Shown in pieces: positions 41,701 to 58,542 of a stretch of 64,000 bases of DNA. The position numbers and the translations under genes are program-made. The number at the start of each line of letters is the position of its first letter. Within the stretch, counting starts at the first letter, position 1. Below the pieces are notes generated by a model that saw nothing but the letters and a program-made list of their open reading frames with translations, was not told the DNA's origin and made no database searches. This DNA comes from Macrostomum lignano (taxonomy: Eukaryota). The stretch spans positions 7,186 to 71,185 of the forward strand of contig NIVC01003892.1 in NCBI GenBank assembly GCA_002269645.1, in the 5' to 3' direction.

Positions 41701-42325
41701 TACAGAGGGGGCGCCAGCTACAGAGGGGGTGCCAGCTACAGAGGGGACGCCAGCTACAGAGGGGGCGCCAGCTACAGAGGGGGCGCCAGCTACAGAGGGG
41801 GCGCCAGCTACAGAGGGGGTGCCAGCAACAGGGGGCGCCAGCTACAGAGGGGGGGGCGCCAGCTACAGAGGGGGACGCCAGCTACAGAGGGGGCTCCAGC
41901 TACAGAGGGGGCGCCAGCTACAGAGGGGGCTCCAGCTACAGAGGGGGCTCCAGCTACAGAGGGGGCGCCAGCTACAGAGGGGCTCCAGCTACAGAGGGGG
42001 CTCCAGCTACAGAGGGGGCCAGCTACAGAGGGGGGACGCCAGCTACAGAGGGGGCGCCAGCTACAGAGGGGACGCCAGCTACAGAGGGGGCGCCAGCTAC
42101 AGAGGGGACGCCAGCTACAGAGGGGGCGCCAGCTACAGAGGGGACGCCAGCTACAGAGGGGGCGCCAGCTACAGAGGGGGCGCCAGCTACAGAGGGGACG
42201 CCAGCTACAGAGGGGGCGCCAGCTACAGAGGGGGACGCCAGCTACAGAGGGGGCGCCAGCTACAGAGGGGGACGCCAGCTACAGAGGGGGCGCCAGCTAC
42301 AGAGGGGGGCGCCAGCTACAGGGGG
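38765..42325. repeat. 17-18-bp minisatellite, about 3.6 kb
   Basis: CCAGCTACAGAGGGGGCG units. All three plus-strand frames are stop-free, giving the 1200-1300 aa artefact ORFs. A short inverted copy lies at 42712-42736. Confidence 0.97.
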
Positions 42326-42769
42326 TCCCTACATACAGACCGACGCGAAAGCACAGGTGGGCCGCACGTCTCAGTCGAGAGACAGTCAAAGCATTCGGAT
42401 TGCTCAATTATTGCTGCAGACTTGCTGCGTGTCTTTCGAATTGAAGTCATTAAAGACAGACCAAAAACGAAAAAGAAATTGGGTAACTTTTAGCAATTCC
42501 TCATCATCAAATGAGAGTCTGGCTTTTTCTGCTTTGCAGTGTGCGCTTGGCTGCTAGATAGAGATAGATATATTCTGCCGCCAGTTTCATGGGAGGTTGC
42601 AATCAGTGGAGGGTAAATGTGATGAGCGGGTGACACAGTAAATGGTTAATTGAAGGAAAGTTCATGCAATAATTTGTAGACTGGGCTGTTTGTTTAGGAA
42701 GAATATTGAAACCCCTCTGTAGCTGGCGCCCCTCTGGTTGGCAGTGCAGTTCTCGCATGCTTGGGCGCA

Positions 42770-43060
42770 ACCTTGGCGTCAATTATTAAATCCTTGTGGC
42801 GTCAATTATTAAATCCATGTGGCGTCAATTATTAAATCCTTGTGGCGTCAATTATTAAATCCTTGTGGCGTCAATTATTAAATCCTTTGTGGCGTCAATT
42901 ATTAAACCCTTGTGGCGTCAATTATTAAATCCTTGTGGCGTCAATTATTAAATCCTTGTGGCGTCAATTATTAAATCCTTGTGGCGCCAATTATTAAATC
43001 CTTGTGGCGTCAATTATTAAACCCTTGTGGTGCCAATTATTAAATCCTTTGTGGCGCGAA
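42770..43060. repeat. 23-bp minisatellite upstream of the GPCR
   Basis: GTGGCGTCAATTATTAAATCCTT units. Confidence 0.93.
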
Positions 43061-43339
43061 TCATCAAATCTTAATGGCGCCAATCAACAAAACTCAGGGC
43101 ACTCTAAAAAACTTTAATCCAGCATTTTTTCGCCTAATCGTGTCAGTCCAATGTTGGTTGCTCATCAATCTCCAGGACCAATAAGGCTGCCCCGTTGTCC
43201 ACTACAACCAATAGCAACCCAGTCTTTCCCAGCTAGCAAACATAAAAAAGTAATCTTTTTCTTTCTTCAGAAAAGCTTCTCGATTTTAAAATCCTGAAAC
43301 TTAAGAAAGTGAGGAAAACATTCAACCAATTGCGAAAAA

Positions 43340-45887
<2,548 letters not shown>

Positions 45888-45975
45888 TGGCGAGCTAGTA
45901 GACCGGACACTTACTTGTACAGAGTGTCCGAGTGGCCGAAGTTGGACAGAACTGAAGCACATTGAAGTGTTTAGA

Positions 45976-46492
<517 letters not shown>

Positions 46493-47164
46493 CAGCCAGT
46501 CTTACGGCAAGGCGCATGTCCATCATTTTCATTGTAAATATTTACTAAAGCTGTAAAATTTTCAGAAATTGTATCCCTCTTATTCGTCTTGATACTCGTA
46601 TTTTTATAAAATAGTTTTGCTTGGACATAATTGAAGAATGCTGTTTTTCGATAGTTTTGTTAACCCCTATTCATACAAGGTGGTCTTTGCTGTTATATCT
46701 ATATTAGCAGTCATAGGATCCAGAAAATATTTTTTACATTTTTTGCTTTTCACTGTCTAAAAATTTGAGCAAAAGGCTAATTATGCTTCCGTCTTAGTCA
46801 AAATGAATAAATAAGGCTTAAACTGCTTCACACAAGGCCCAATCAGCTTGTTTTATTATCGCATTTTAAATAGGGTTGATCAAGACTGAGTTAATCCACC
46901 GAATTATTTTACTAATAAGTACTTAAACTGCTAACTACTTGCAGTAGCTATTAAGAATGTAAAGGCCGCCTTCGATTTTTTGTTTGATCGATTTTCTGCC
47001 ACTGGATAAACAAAGAAAATTTTAGTTAAAGAAATGCTTTGCGATAAATATATGCTTCTCATCTAGCAGAAATTTGCGTCCTTGTCAATCTTTATTGTCT
47101 TGAAAAATTAGGACCAAGTGGTTCGCTGACTTCATTAAATAGTCAATAAGTTTATATATCATTT

Positions 47165-47600
47165 GAGCGAATGAGTGAGTTCATGAATGAGTTCGTGAGT
47201 GAGTTCATGATTGAGGTCATGAATGAGTTCGTGAGTGAGTTCGTGAGTGAGTTCATGATTGAGGTCATGAGTGAGTTCGTGAGTGAGTTCGTGAGTGAGT
47301 GAGTTCATGATTGAGGTCATGAGTGAGTTCGTGAGTGAGTTCATGAGTGAGTTCGTGAGTGAGTTCATGAGTGAGTTTATGATTGAGGTCATGAGTGAGT
47401 TCGTGAGTGAGTTCATGATTGAGGTCATGAGTGAGTTCGTGAGTGAGTTCATGAGTGAGTTCGTGAGTGAGTTCATGAGTGAGTTTATGATTGAGGTCAT
47501 GAGTGAGTTCGTGAGTGAGTTCGTGAGTGAGTTCGTTCGTGAGGTCATGATTGAGGCCATGAGTTCGTTCGTGAGTGAGGTCATGATTGGTGACTGAGTG
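47165..47600. repeat. Compound GAGTGAGTTC(A/G)T repeat
   Basis: Recurring gagtgagttcgt / gagttcatgattgaggtcat modules. Confidence 0.9.
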
Positions 47601-48109
47601 AGCCAGTGAGAATCGAGTGATTGTGTATCCGATTTAAGACTATCAACCCGAGACTGAAACCGTTCGGAAGTGGGGATTAAAACAATGATGAGATCCCATG
47701 ATAAGCTGATTAAGCAAAATGGGTGCGAGAAGGTGCAGACCCTGCGACTGGTTTTGAGGGAAAAAGTCTTGTAAACAACTTTTTTAAATCGGGCGGATAA
47801 CCTTTACAAAAGAACTTGTTGAGTATTCGGCCCTAGTGGCTACTTTTCTGTCGTCGGAAACTTCAAAAACTCGCCTCGAAAACATGAGAAACAAAATGAT
47901 AAATAGCTTTTGTGTCGCTCAAGGCGCCGAAAAAATCTGTAAGGGAATTTGGGAGTTGCGCCGTCACGCCTGCCGAACGCACCTCGGAACTGCATCGCTA
48001 CTGGCCGGTCACCGACAGCGGTCCATGACGCTTCAAGTCTGTCGGAGAAAATTAGGGTTCTGAAAAAATGCGCAAAAACACATTTTTCTGAGGGAAACTG
48101 GACCCGGAT

Positions 48110-48530
48110 CTGTAGACAATCTAGTGACCCGGATCTATAGACAATCTAGTGACCCGGATCTATAGACAATCTAGTGACCCGGATCTATAGACAATCTAGT
48201 GACCCGGATATATAGGCAATCTAGTGACCCGGATCTATAGGCAATCTAGTGACCCGGATCTATAGACAATCTAGTGACCCGGATCTATAGGCAATCTAGT
48301 GACCCGGATCTATAGGCAGTCTAGTGACCCGGATCTATAGACAATCTAGTGACCCGGATCTATAGGCAATCTAGCTAGTGACCCGGATCTATAGGCAATC
48401 TAGTGACCATGATCTATTGGCAATCTAGTGACCAGGATCTATAGACAATCTAGTGATTCGAATTTATAGGCAGTCTAGTGACCTGAATTATAGGCAATCT
48501 AGTGACCAGGATCTAAAGGCAATCTAGCAT
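48110..48530. repeat. 25-bp minisatellite
   Basis: CTAGTGACCCGGATCTATAG(A/G)CAAT units. Confidence 0.93.
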
Positions 48531-48748
48531 CTATAGGCAATCGGATTTCCCCTATTCCCCAAGGATCTGTCTTTTTCCTATCTTTACTACCCTATTCCTA
48601 TACTTTGTATAATAAATGACCTTTTTGAAATTAAAACATCAGAAATTCATTCTTTTGTTGATGATACCACTTTACTTGCCTCTTTTTAATTTTGTCACCC
48701 ACTATCCTTTCAATTCTTACAAAATAGCAAAATTGATGTTGTAGTCTA

Positions 48749-48940
48749 GGAGGGGTCGTAGCCTGGTGGTCAGAGCGTCGGACTCACGACTTGACTAGGT
48801 CGGGAGTTCGATTCCCGATCCCACTGGAACAATTTGTGTCCTTGAGCAAGACACTTAACTCTGCATTGCTTCAGTTCACCCAGCTTTAAACTGGGTGCCA
48901 GCATTAGCTGGGGTAATTGAGGTTGTGTGGCGACCCCCCC
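48749..48940 (+). mobile_element. tRNA-derived CORE-like SINE (family A), copy with intact head
   Basis: Box A TAGCCTGGTGG (48759-48769), box B GTTCGATTC (48806-48814), then the same CORE-like body as 10565-10725. Confidence 0.85.
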
Positions 48941-50294
48941 TCCAGTTGCTTCCTTTCCCTAATTAACCTTAATACCTTTTAGTTTACAAAATATTTTCTT
49001 ATAAGAGCAATATAATCAATATAATTAAGGAGAGCAGGATGGTGTAAAAAGCTGGAATTTGGAAAAAGCTGGAACATCTATAGGAAAACTCGAATCTATA
49101 GGCTATCTAGGATCTATAGGCAATATAGAGTCTCGATCTATAGTCTATCTACTTACTTGTTCTATGCTCGCGTAAGTTGTCTGATGACTACGAGCTTTAT
49201 CTACAGGCACTCTGCTAACACAAATTGGTCGACTATACGTGGACATGTACTTACTCGCACTTGCACCTGCATTTTAATTGCTTACCCTCTCAAGTCCCAA
49301 TGGAATCAGCAACTATTTAGGGCCGTATAGGCGACTCGCGGTTGCATGGTTTCGTGCAATTCGTTATTTCACTCTGGTGAACATTCACCGATCCCACCGG
49401 CAGCGGGAAGTGAGGCGGGTAGGGTGTGAACAACACTATTTTTAGCCTGCGACTTGAAACTGTGAAATGGGTTCTGCTCGAGGTTCGGCTGTACTTGAAA
49501 CAGCTCGAACTTGACGCTAAGTCTCATCATTGGTAGAAAGTGGATTCAGCTGGAAAGCTCTGGTTATTAAAGGCAGATTAAAATTTGTATCGAACAATAA
49601 AATTTGAAGAGTAATTTATCTATCTTTGCTACAATAACTGTTGTGTACCCAGAAAAAAAATTACGCTTTTAAAACGTATCGGAAAAAGTAGTTTGGAAAC
49701 TGCAGACTCGTGGTCAGATATCTGGTTCAGTTAATTTTTTAGGTCAACTTTGTAGGCCTGCGCGCCTCTTAATAAATTGATAATTTTCTACACAATAACT
49801 TTTCCACGAATTCATTTAGAATTAAAATTTCCAGGTATGCCAAGTTGCTTTTATTGAATCAACATCTTTGATGCACTACTTATGTAGTAGCAAGTTTGAT
49901 TTGCGAAACACGCACGCAGCAGTTCAACGATTTCAAATCCATTCTATTCGAATGAATCAGTTGAAATAGGAAGTATTTACAAGCGTTTAGAATTAGGATA
50001 AAAAGTGTTGAGTTTGATATATGTACATGCAACAATATATAACCACTATTCTACCTGGGCGTTCGTCAATGGAATGCACAGCATATGTTAATTTCTACAA
50101 AAAATCAACCCTTAAGCCATTTCAGCTTAGAAATAGCTTTCCGATCACTGTTATAATTTCATAATTTTTGTCAGTAAATTTAACTAGCTATTGGATAGAT
50201 TAAGAAAAAACTACAACAGGGGAAATAAAATGAAAAGTAAAACAAAATGTACATACTTCCAGAGAGAGACGGTTAGAAGGCTCTGCTTAAAGCC

Positions 50295-50640
50295 AATTGA
50301 AATGAGATTTTGGCTCCAGCCAATCGGATTTCAAGGCGTGGGGTGGGGCAGCTATTTATAAAGGGGGTTGAGGTTAGAAAACTCTGCACCCAAGGCCAAT
50401 AAAGTGACTATTGACACCAGCCAATCCGATTTCAGGGCGTGGGCTGGACAGCCACATAACGGGGGTTCAGGTTAGAAAACTCTGCGCCCAAGGCCAATTA
50501 AAGTGACTATTGACACCAGCCAATCCGATTTCAGGGCGTGGGGTGGGGCAGCCTTTAAAAGGGGGCGGTGGCTGATTTTATAAAACTCTGAGACCAAAGG
50601 CAATTAAAATGAAAACTGGCTCCAATCAAATTTCAGGGCG
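50295..50640. repeat. About 100-bp degenerate tandem repeat, 4 units, each with a CCAAT motif
   Basis: CCAATC(C/G)GATTTCA.GGCGT at 50320, 50421 and 50520, with a more diverged CCAATCAAATTTCAGGGCGT at 50622. Confidence 0.8.
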
Positions 50641-50748
50641 TCGGTTTATTTGGAGCTGCTATTGAGGGAAAGAAAAACTCAAAAAAGAAAGGCGATCAAA
50701 GCCTGATCAGACCAGTACAGTGTCTAAAACGTTGCAACGACAGCCAAG

Positions 50749-51653
<905 letters not shown>

Positions 51654-52354
51654 TGGCTTTCCAGCTGCCTTAATCGTTTCCGGTGATCTTGTGTGCGTGC
51701 TTTCAGCGTGATTGGCTGCGGCAAGCAAGCTCGAAAGAGCTCGCTTCGCTCGCTCTTTCTCGCTATCTACTATCTATCTATCTATCTATCTATCATCTAT
51801 CAATTACGCCAGAGTAGAAGAAAAGGAAGATTTCGGACAGAAAAATTTGAATAATTTATGGTTTTGGATGCTGCATAAAAGCATCGCTAGCTGTCGGTTA
51901 GTTCTCCAATATCTCCTGATATGGTTGTAAAAGACGTTCACCGCCGAAAAGCACTTTATTCCATCTTTTTTCGTTCCCTGCCATCTACGGACTGAATTTT
52001 TTTACTTGGATTTTGAAAATGTCAAAAGCTCTACAAGGAACATTCACAGGGGCTGGGGCTGGTCTGTCCTGGCACTCGACCTGTCCTGGTGAACTGACTG
52101 CATTGCTTGTGCAGAAAATAACATTTAATTCGGGCAGTCATTTTTGTCAGCAACAAACTTTTTGTCGGAAAGCAGCTGCATGGGGACCAAGCTGTGAATA
52201 CTTGGCAGGGCTGTGTTGGACTGGCAAATTTTCTCCTTCGCCTGTTGCCATCTTTGCGGAGCGATCTGCTTGGCTGGACTGGGCAGGATCGCGCGCTTCA
52301 ATCTGACCTTCGTGACACCTCTGTTCCTCTCTTTCCACGCCTGCCTTCCTCCAA

Positions 52355-53105
52355 CTCTCTCCCCCTCAACCCTCTTCTCCCCTCAACCCTCTTCTCCCCT
52401 CTCCCCCTCAACCCTCTTCTCCCCTCTCCCCCTCAACCCTCTTCTCCCCTCTCCCCCTCAACCCTCTTCTCCCCTCTCCCCCTCAACCCTCTCCTCCCTC
52501 TCCCCCTCAACCCTCTTCTCCCCTCTCCCCTCAACCCTCTTCTCCCCTCTCCCCTCAACCCTCTTCTCCCCTCTCCCCCTCAACCCTCTCCTCCCTCTCC
52601 CCCTCAACCCTCTTCTCCCCTCTCCCTCTCAACCCTCTTCTCCCTCCCAACCCTCTTCTCCCTCTCAACCCTCTTCTCCCCTCTCCCTCTCAACCCTTTT
52701 CTCCCCCTCTCCCTCTCAACCCTCTTCTTCCTCTCAACCCTCTTCTCCCTCTCCCTCTCAACCCTCTTCTCCCCTCTCCCTCTCAACCCTCTTCTCCCCT
52801 CTCCCTCTCAACCCTCTTCTCCCCTCTCCCTCTCAACCCTCTTCTCCCCTCTCCCTCTCAACCCTCTTCTCCCCTCTCCCTCTCAACCCTCTTCTTCCTC
52901 TCAACCCTCTTCTCCCCTCTCCCTCTCAACCCTCTTCTCCCCTCTCCCTCTCAACCCTCTTCTCCCCTCTCCCTCTCAACCCTCTTCTCCCCTCTCCCTC
53001 TCAACCCTCTTCTCCCCTCTCCTTCTCAACCCTCTTCTCCCCTCTCCCTCTCAACCCTCTTCTCCCCTCAACCCTCTTCTCCCCTCTCCCTCTCAACCCT
53101 CTCCT
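52355..53105. repeat. Polypyrimidine about 24-bp minisatellite
   Basis: CTCAACCCTCTTCTCCCCTCTCC(C/T) units. Confidence 0.95.
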
Positions 53106-53616
53106 CCTACCTGTGAAGTCTCTCTCAAACCATCATTTGGTCTACGAGCATACCACTCCATTCCAATCCTTACAGTTGTCAAGTGCGCTTCTACAAGCTC
53201 AAATTCCTGACTCAATTTTGACTGTAATGTCAGATGAGTCACAATCCCCATACCCCGGTATTGTAATGAACAGCTAGTGAAATCATTTTCAAATGCATTC
53301 AAATGCTTTACTCAAGCCAGCAACTTCACCTAAAGTGAGCACTGCAATAAAGGATCTCTCTTGAATTTAATTCATTTTTCTGATTCCCTATCAGAATTGT
53401 TGTGCCAGTAGGGGGAAGCGTTTAAAAAGTCTTTCTTTGTGTCGTTAGAAATGAAAGTGCTTTATACTAAACATCAAATTGGGTGGCACTTGCGCTGCAG
53501 CGGTTGGAACAGCTATTATTAATCTTCTGCCATTAAAGAGATTACATTACTCATTAGTGCTTCTTAAGGTTTCATTGCTCTGTTTTGTGCCAGAACGACC
53601 AATTAATTGTTCTATT

Positions 53617-54620
53617 ACCAATTTGGCTACCCTATCACCAATTTGGCTACCCTATCACGAATTTGGTTGTCCTATCACCAATTTGGCTACCCTATCACCA
53701 ATTTGGCTACCCTATCACCAATTTGGTTGCCCTATCACCAATTTGGGTACCCTATCACCAATTTGGCTACCCTATCACCAATTTGGCTACCCTATCACCA
53801 ATTTGGCTACCCTATCACCAATTTGGCTACCCTATCACCAATTTGGCCACCCTATCACCAATTTGGCTACCCTATCACCAATTTGGGTACCCTATCACCG
53901 ATTTGGCTACCCTATCACCAATTTGGGTACCCTATCACCAATTTGGCTGACCTATCACCAATTTGGCTGACCTATCACCAATTTGGCTGACCTATCACCA
54001 ATTTGGCTACCCTATCACCAATTTGGCTACCCTATCACCAATTTGGCCACCCTATCACCAATTTGGCTACCCTATCACCAATTTGGCTACCCTATCACCA
54101 ATTTGGCTACCCTATCACCAATTTGGCTACCCTATCACCAATTTGGCCACCCTATCACCAATTTGGCTACCCTATCACCAATTTGGGTACCCTATCACCG
54201 ATTTGGCTACCCTATCACCAATTTGGGTACCCTATCACCAATTTGGCTGACCTATCACCAATTTGGCTGACCTATCACCAATTTGGCTGACCTATCACCA
54301 ATTTGGCTACCCTATCACCAATTTGGCTACCCTATCACCAATTTGGCCACCCTATCACCGATTTGGCTACCCTATCACCAATTTGGCTACCCTATCACCA
54401 ATTTGGGTACCCTATCACCGATTTGGCTACCCTATCACCAATTTGGCTACCCTATCACCAATTTGGGTACCCTATCACCGATTTGGCTACCCTATCACCA
54501 ATTTGGCTACCCTATCACCAATTTGGGTACCCTATCACCAATTTGGGTACCCTATCACCAATTTGGCTACCCTATCACCGATTTGGCTACCCTATCACCG
54601 ATTTGTCTGCCTTTTCACCA
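53617..54620. repeat. 20-bp minisatellite (about 50 units)
   Basis: CCAATTTGGCTACCCTATCA units. Confidence 0.97.
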
Positions 54621-55184
54621 ATTTGACTGCCCCAGCTTCTACCTGCCTCATCTATCTACAGTTTATTCCGAAGCCCGCAGTGTGGCGGCTTCTCTCTCAT
54701 CTGTATAATTTCCAATCTGCATTGCAGCTTGAAGCAGTCAGTCAGAAAAGCAGGTTTCGTCGCAGCCCGTATCTACCGGCTGTTTTGTAGGAAATATTTG
54801 CTCAGGAATGGAGAGCTCTCAACAAAAAATAACTGCTTTTTCAATAGCGAGGAAGGATGCCAGTTTTTTTGCTTTGTGAACCTGCACAAATCTGAGCGCC
54901 AAAATGCAGGAGCGATTCATAAAAACACAGAAAAGTGAATCTCTGGCAGACTGGGTATTTAAAAAATGCAATAGCTATAGCTAGATATGGCTGCAACGAT
55001 GCGCTTCTAGTCTGTTTGTTTGAGTCATAAACTTCTCTGTGATCCTTCGGGATTGAACTGCATCAGATACAAACCCGTACATTTATTGTCAGGTTTTACG
55101 ATTCGCTGCAAGCTTAAAATGTTGAATTTTAAGCACTCGAGTTCTGTTTCAATCGTATAGGGGTGCCAGTGTGTTTGGGTGCAA

Positions 55185-55515
55185 CTGTGAGGCGCCAATT
55201 CACGATTCTATGAGACGCCGGTTCACGATTCTGTAAGGCGCCAGTTCACGATTCTGTGAGGCGCCAGTTCATTATGTAACTGTGAGGTGCCAGTTCATTA
55301 TGTAACTGTGAGGTGCCAGTTCATTATGTAACTGTGGCGCCATTTCACTATTCTGTGAGGCGCCAGTTCACGATTATGTGAAGCACAAATTCACGATCTT
55401 GTGAGGCGTCATTTCACGATTCTGTGAGGCGCCGTTTCACGATTATGTGAGGCTTCAGTTCACGATTCTGTGAATCGCCAGTTCACGCGTCTGTGATACG
55501 TCATTTCATACTTCT
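55185..55515. repeat. Degenerate 23-bp minisatellite
   Basis: TGTGAGGCGCCAGTTCACGATTC-like units (55201, 55224, 55247). Confidence 0.85.
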
Positions 55516-55606
55516 ATGAGGCGCCATCTTATGCGATGCCACAGCCACAACAACGCAGTCTTAATCCTAAAGGAAATCATCCAAAACAATATTCGTAAAA
55601 AAAGCT

Positions 55607-57416
55607 TTAAAAACTGACCACCGTAATATAATCAGTCGAATCTGCAAAGTCCACTGATCTTTGCTGTTGCCTTGAGCTGGAAAAACTAAATGAGAACACT
55701 GGTGGCGTCGCCGCCTCCGCGGCCGCTGCCGCCGCGCCACTTGACTGACGGCTTAGCGGCACCAAATGATGCTGCGCCAGATGCGATGGTGCCTGTCGCG
55801 ACTTCGTTTTAGTGGCCTCTCTGACTACCGTTTTGCGCTTTCGAAGCTGCTTTCTGAGGCGATTTCTGCCAGTGTAAGGTGTTGTGGTGTTGGGTAGCTG
55901 GGGTGTAGGGGCTGTGGGTGTTTGGGGTGTGAGGTGTTGGGCCTGTGAGGTGTTGGGGCTGTGACGTGTTGGGGCTGTGAGGTGTTGGGGCTGTGAGGTT
56001 CTGGGGCTGTTAGGTCTTGGGGCTGTGGGGTGTTGGATTTGTGGGGTGTTGGGGCTGTGGAGTGTTGGGGTTGTGGCTGTGAGGTGCTGGGGCTGTTAGG
56101 TGTTGGGCTGTGGGGTGTTGGATTTGTGGGTATTGGGCTGTGTGGTATTAGGGCTGTAAGGTGTTAAGGCTGTGGGGTGTTGGGGCTGTGGGGCTGTGGG
56201 GTGTTGGGGCTGTGGGGCTGTGGGGTGTTGGGGCTGTGGGTGTTGGGGCTGTGGGGTGTTGGGGCTATGAGTTGGTGGGGCTGTGGAGTGTTAGAGCAGT
56301 GGGGTGTTAGGGCAGTGGGGTGTTGGGGCTGTGGGGTGTTGGGGCTGTGGGCTGTGGGGTGTTGGGGCTGTGGGGTGTTGGGGCTGTGGGCTGTGGGGTG
56401 TTAGGGCTGTGGGTGTTGGGGCTGTGGGGTGTTGGGGCTGTGGGGCTGTGGGGGGTGTTGGGCTGTGGGGCTGTGGGGTGTTAGGGCTGTGGGGTGTTAG
56501 GACTGTGGGGGTGTTGGGGCTGTGGAGTGTTCGGGATGTGGGGCTGTGGGGGTGTTGGGGCTGTGGGGTGTTAGGGCTGTGGGGTGTTAGGACTGTGGGG
56601 TGTTGGGGCTGTGGAGTGTTGGGGATGTGGGCTGTGGCGTGTTGGGCTGTGGGGCTGTGGGGCTGTGGGGTGTTAGGGCTGTGGGTGTTGGGGATGTGGG
56701 GCTGTGGTGTGTTGGGGCTGTGGGGCTGTGGGGTGTTTGGGCTGTGGGGTGTTTGGGCTGTGGGGTGTTGGGGCTGTGGGTGCTGGGCTGTGGGGCGTCT
56801 GGGTTTGGAGCAATACAAAACAGCAAGCATTTAATCTCACCTAAGTCTCAAGCCTGCGGCAACGCAGAAGAACCCGGCAATTATGATTCCGCACACGGTG
56901 AACACAATGGACTGCTTCAGTGTTATCGGTACGATGAAGCCACCTTTACAGACGGTTATGTTTAACACGTATCTGTGCATAAATAACAGCATTAAACTTG
57001 TACTGAAAGAGCGTCATTAATCAAATATAAAACTCACCAGGCTCGCTACTTGTATCATTTTTATTAAAGGTGAATGTCGCTAGCCCGTCAATTAAATTAA
57101 CATTCTGATTTGAATCGTTACTATGACAACCAGAAAGCTTCACTCGAGGACGAAACCGAATCATTAACGTCCAACCGGACGTGTTGCTCAGCAATTCACC
57201 ATGGACGGCATCAGCGTTGTAATAGTGTAACTGACAATTGGAAAAGTTTCTGCCCAGTTGCATCAACTCCCGTAGCTGTGTGGAGTTCAGCGTTGGCAGC
57301 AACGCATTCAGTATTGCCGACAGCTGGTAGTGCGCCAGCTGCAAAGCCTGAGCTACCGGTGATGCCAGTGTTAACAGATTCAGAAACAGACAGGGCAGTA
57401 TCCAGGATGAGCTCAT
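55607..57416 (-). CDS. Orphan type-I single-pass membrane glycoprotein, about 246 aa. Exons (minus) 57416-57038, 56943-56841, 55865-55607
   Basis: Signal peptide MSSSWILPCLFLNLLTLASPVAQA; several NxS/T sites; TM SIVFTVCGIIIAGFFCVAAGL; basic stop-transfer RLRRNRLRKQLRKRK. Frame continuous (741 nt). The exon 2 acceptor (AAG) was chosen by phase compatibility. Confidence 0.75.
55870..56800. repeat. G-rich (GGGGCTGT/GGGGTGTT)n repeat filling intron 2 of the membrane-protein gene
   Basis: Direct reading; dense G3-G4 runs. Confidence 0.95.
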
Positions 57417-58542
57417 GCTTGCTGCTACAGAGAAATTCTGTATGGATTTGTCTCACTGACTCTGACACACTCCGTGCACATTTATGCGTTTTGCCCAGCC
57501 AATCCACGGCTTTCTAGGAAAAAAGGTTAACATCCGCATGAAGCCAGCATAGCATATGAACAGATTCCACTTTTATGGCAGCATTGTTCTCCTGTTTGCA
57601 GATTAGAAACTCCAATTTTAAGCTGAGTATATTAAAAAAAAGCACAACGTTATGCAGATACGTGTAGATGTCCCTACATCTACAAACGCGTAAATTGTAG
57701 ATGTCCCTACATCTACAGAATACGAAAATTCAGAGGGGCGGAACCATGAGTCTTACGAGCGTATATTCCCTAGATAGGCCACTTTGTTTTACGGCAATAG
57801 GAAAAGCGCGACCTCAGTTATTCGTCGCTTTTCGTCACATGGGTTGCTTAAATTTTGAGTTCAGTAGCTTAGGGACATAGACGCTATTTTTTTAGAATTT
57901 GATAGAACTTTTCATGAATTAAATAATTGAAGCTACTTTATCAAGCTAAGAATGGTGCATGTGATAAGGATGCACCTTTTTTCAATCTTAAAACCGCACA
58001 TTTAGCTTCGATGCGCTTTTTACCCTACTGTCAGTAGGCTAGCTTAGGAATTTCTCTCTATTCTCTCATCTAGGCTGAGTCCTAAACTATTATATGACAT
58101 TACCATTAATTATGTTAAGGACTTAATGTACTTCCCCTAGGATTCTATTTTTGAGTTGTTTACGCTTGAAGGAAGGTCAGCCTGTCTGGGTCTGAGGCGG
58201 ATTGACCTCTAACAGTCTAGACAGGCGACACAAAGTCTGGGAGGAATGTTTTATCTCATTCTGACCCCCAGATTTGTGATTTTTTCACTATTTTTAGTGA
58301 TTCATTGCGGTCTAGCTGTCACTTTTGGCTCCAGCCTGTCGAAGAGGTCTTTCCAGTTTCCTTCCCACTCGCTCTGTTACCTTCTCCTTTGAGTTATGGG
58401 CTTTTTGCAGTCACTTCCGGCGCCAGGATGTCTAGACAAGTGACTTTTATTCGGTTTTTGTTTTGATTTATGACCTCACCTGTCAACTTCCCTGAGTTCT
58501 GGAGCCCACCTGGTGGGGTGAGTTTTGGGGTCTTGATCTTAG

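Noticed and set aside
38537-42557. 1200-1300 aa ORFs (ATEGAP / SYRGG / QLQRG repeats) resembling RGG or mucin proteins
   Set aside because: All three frames are open because the 18-bp unit has no stop; frequent G-run indels shift frame freely, which is incompatible with coding constraint.
52125-53221. Further minus-strand exons (53221-53111; 52340 onward) extending the 50.7-51.6 kb candidate gene
   Set aside because: The 52340 frame stops before linking to the downstream exons; no consistent model could be built.
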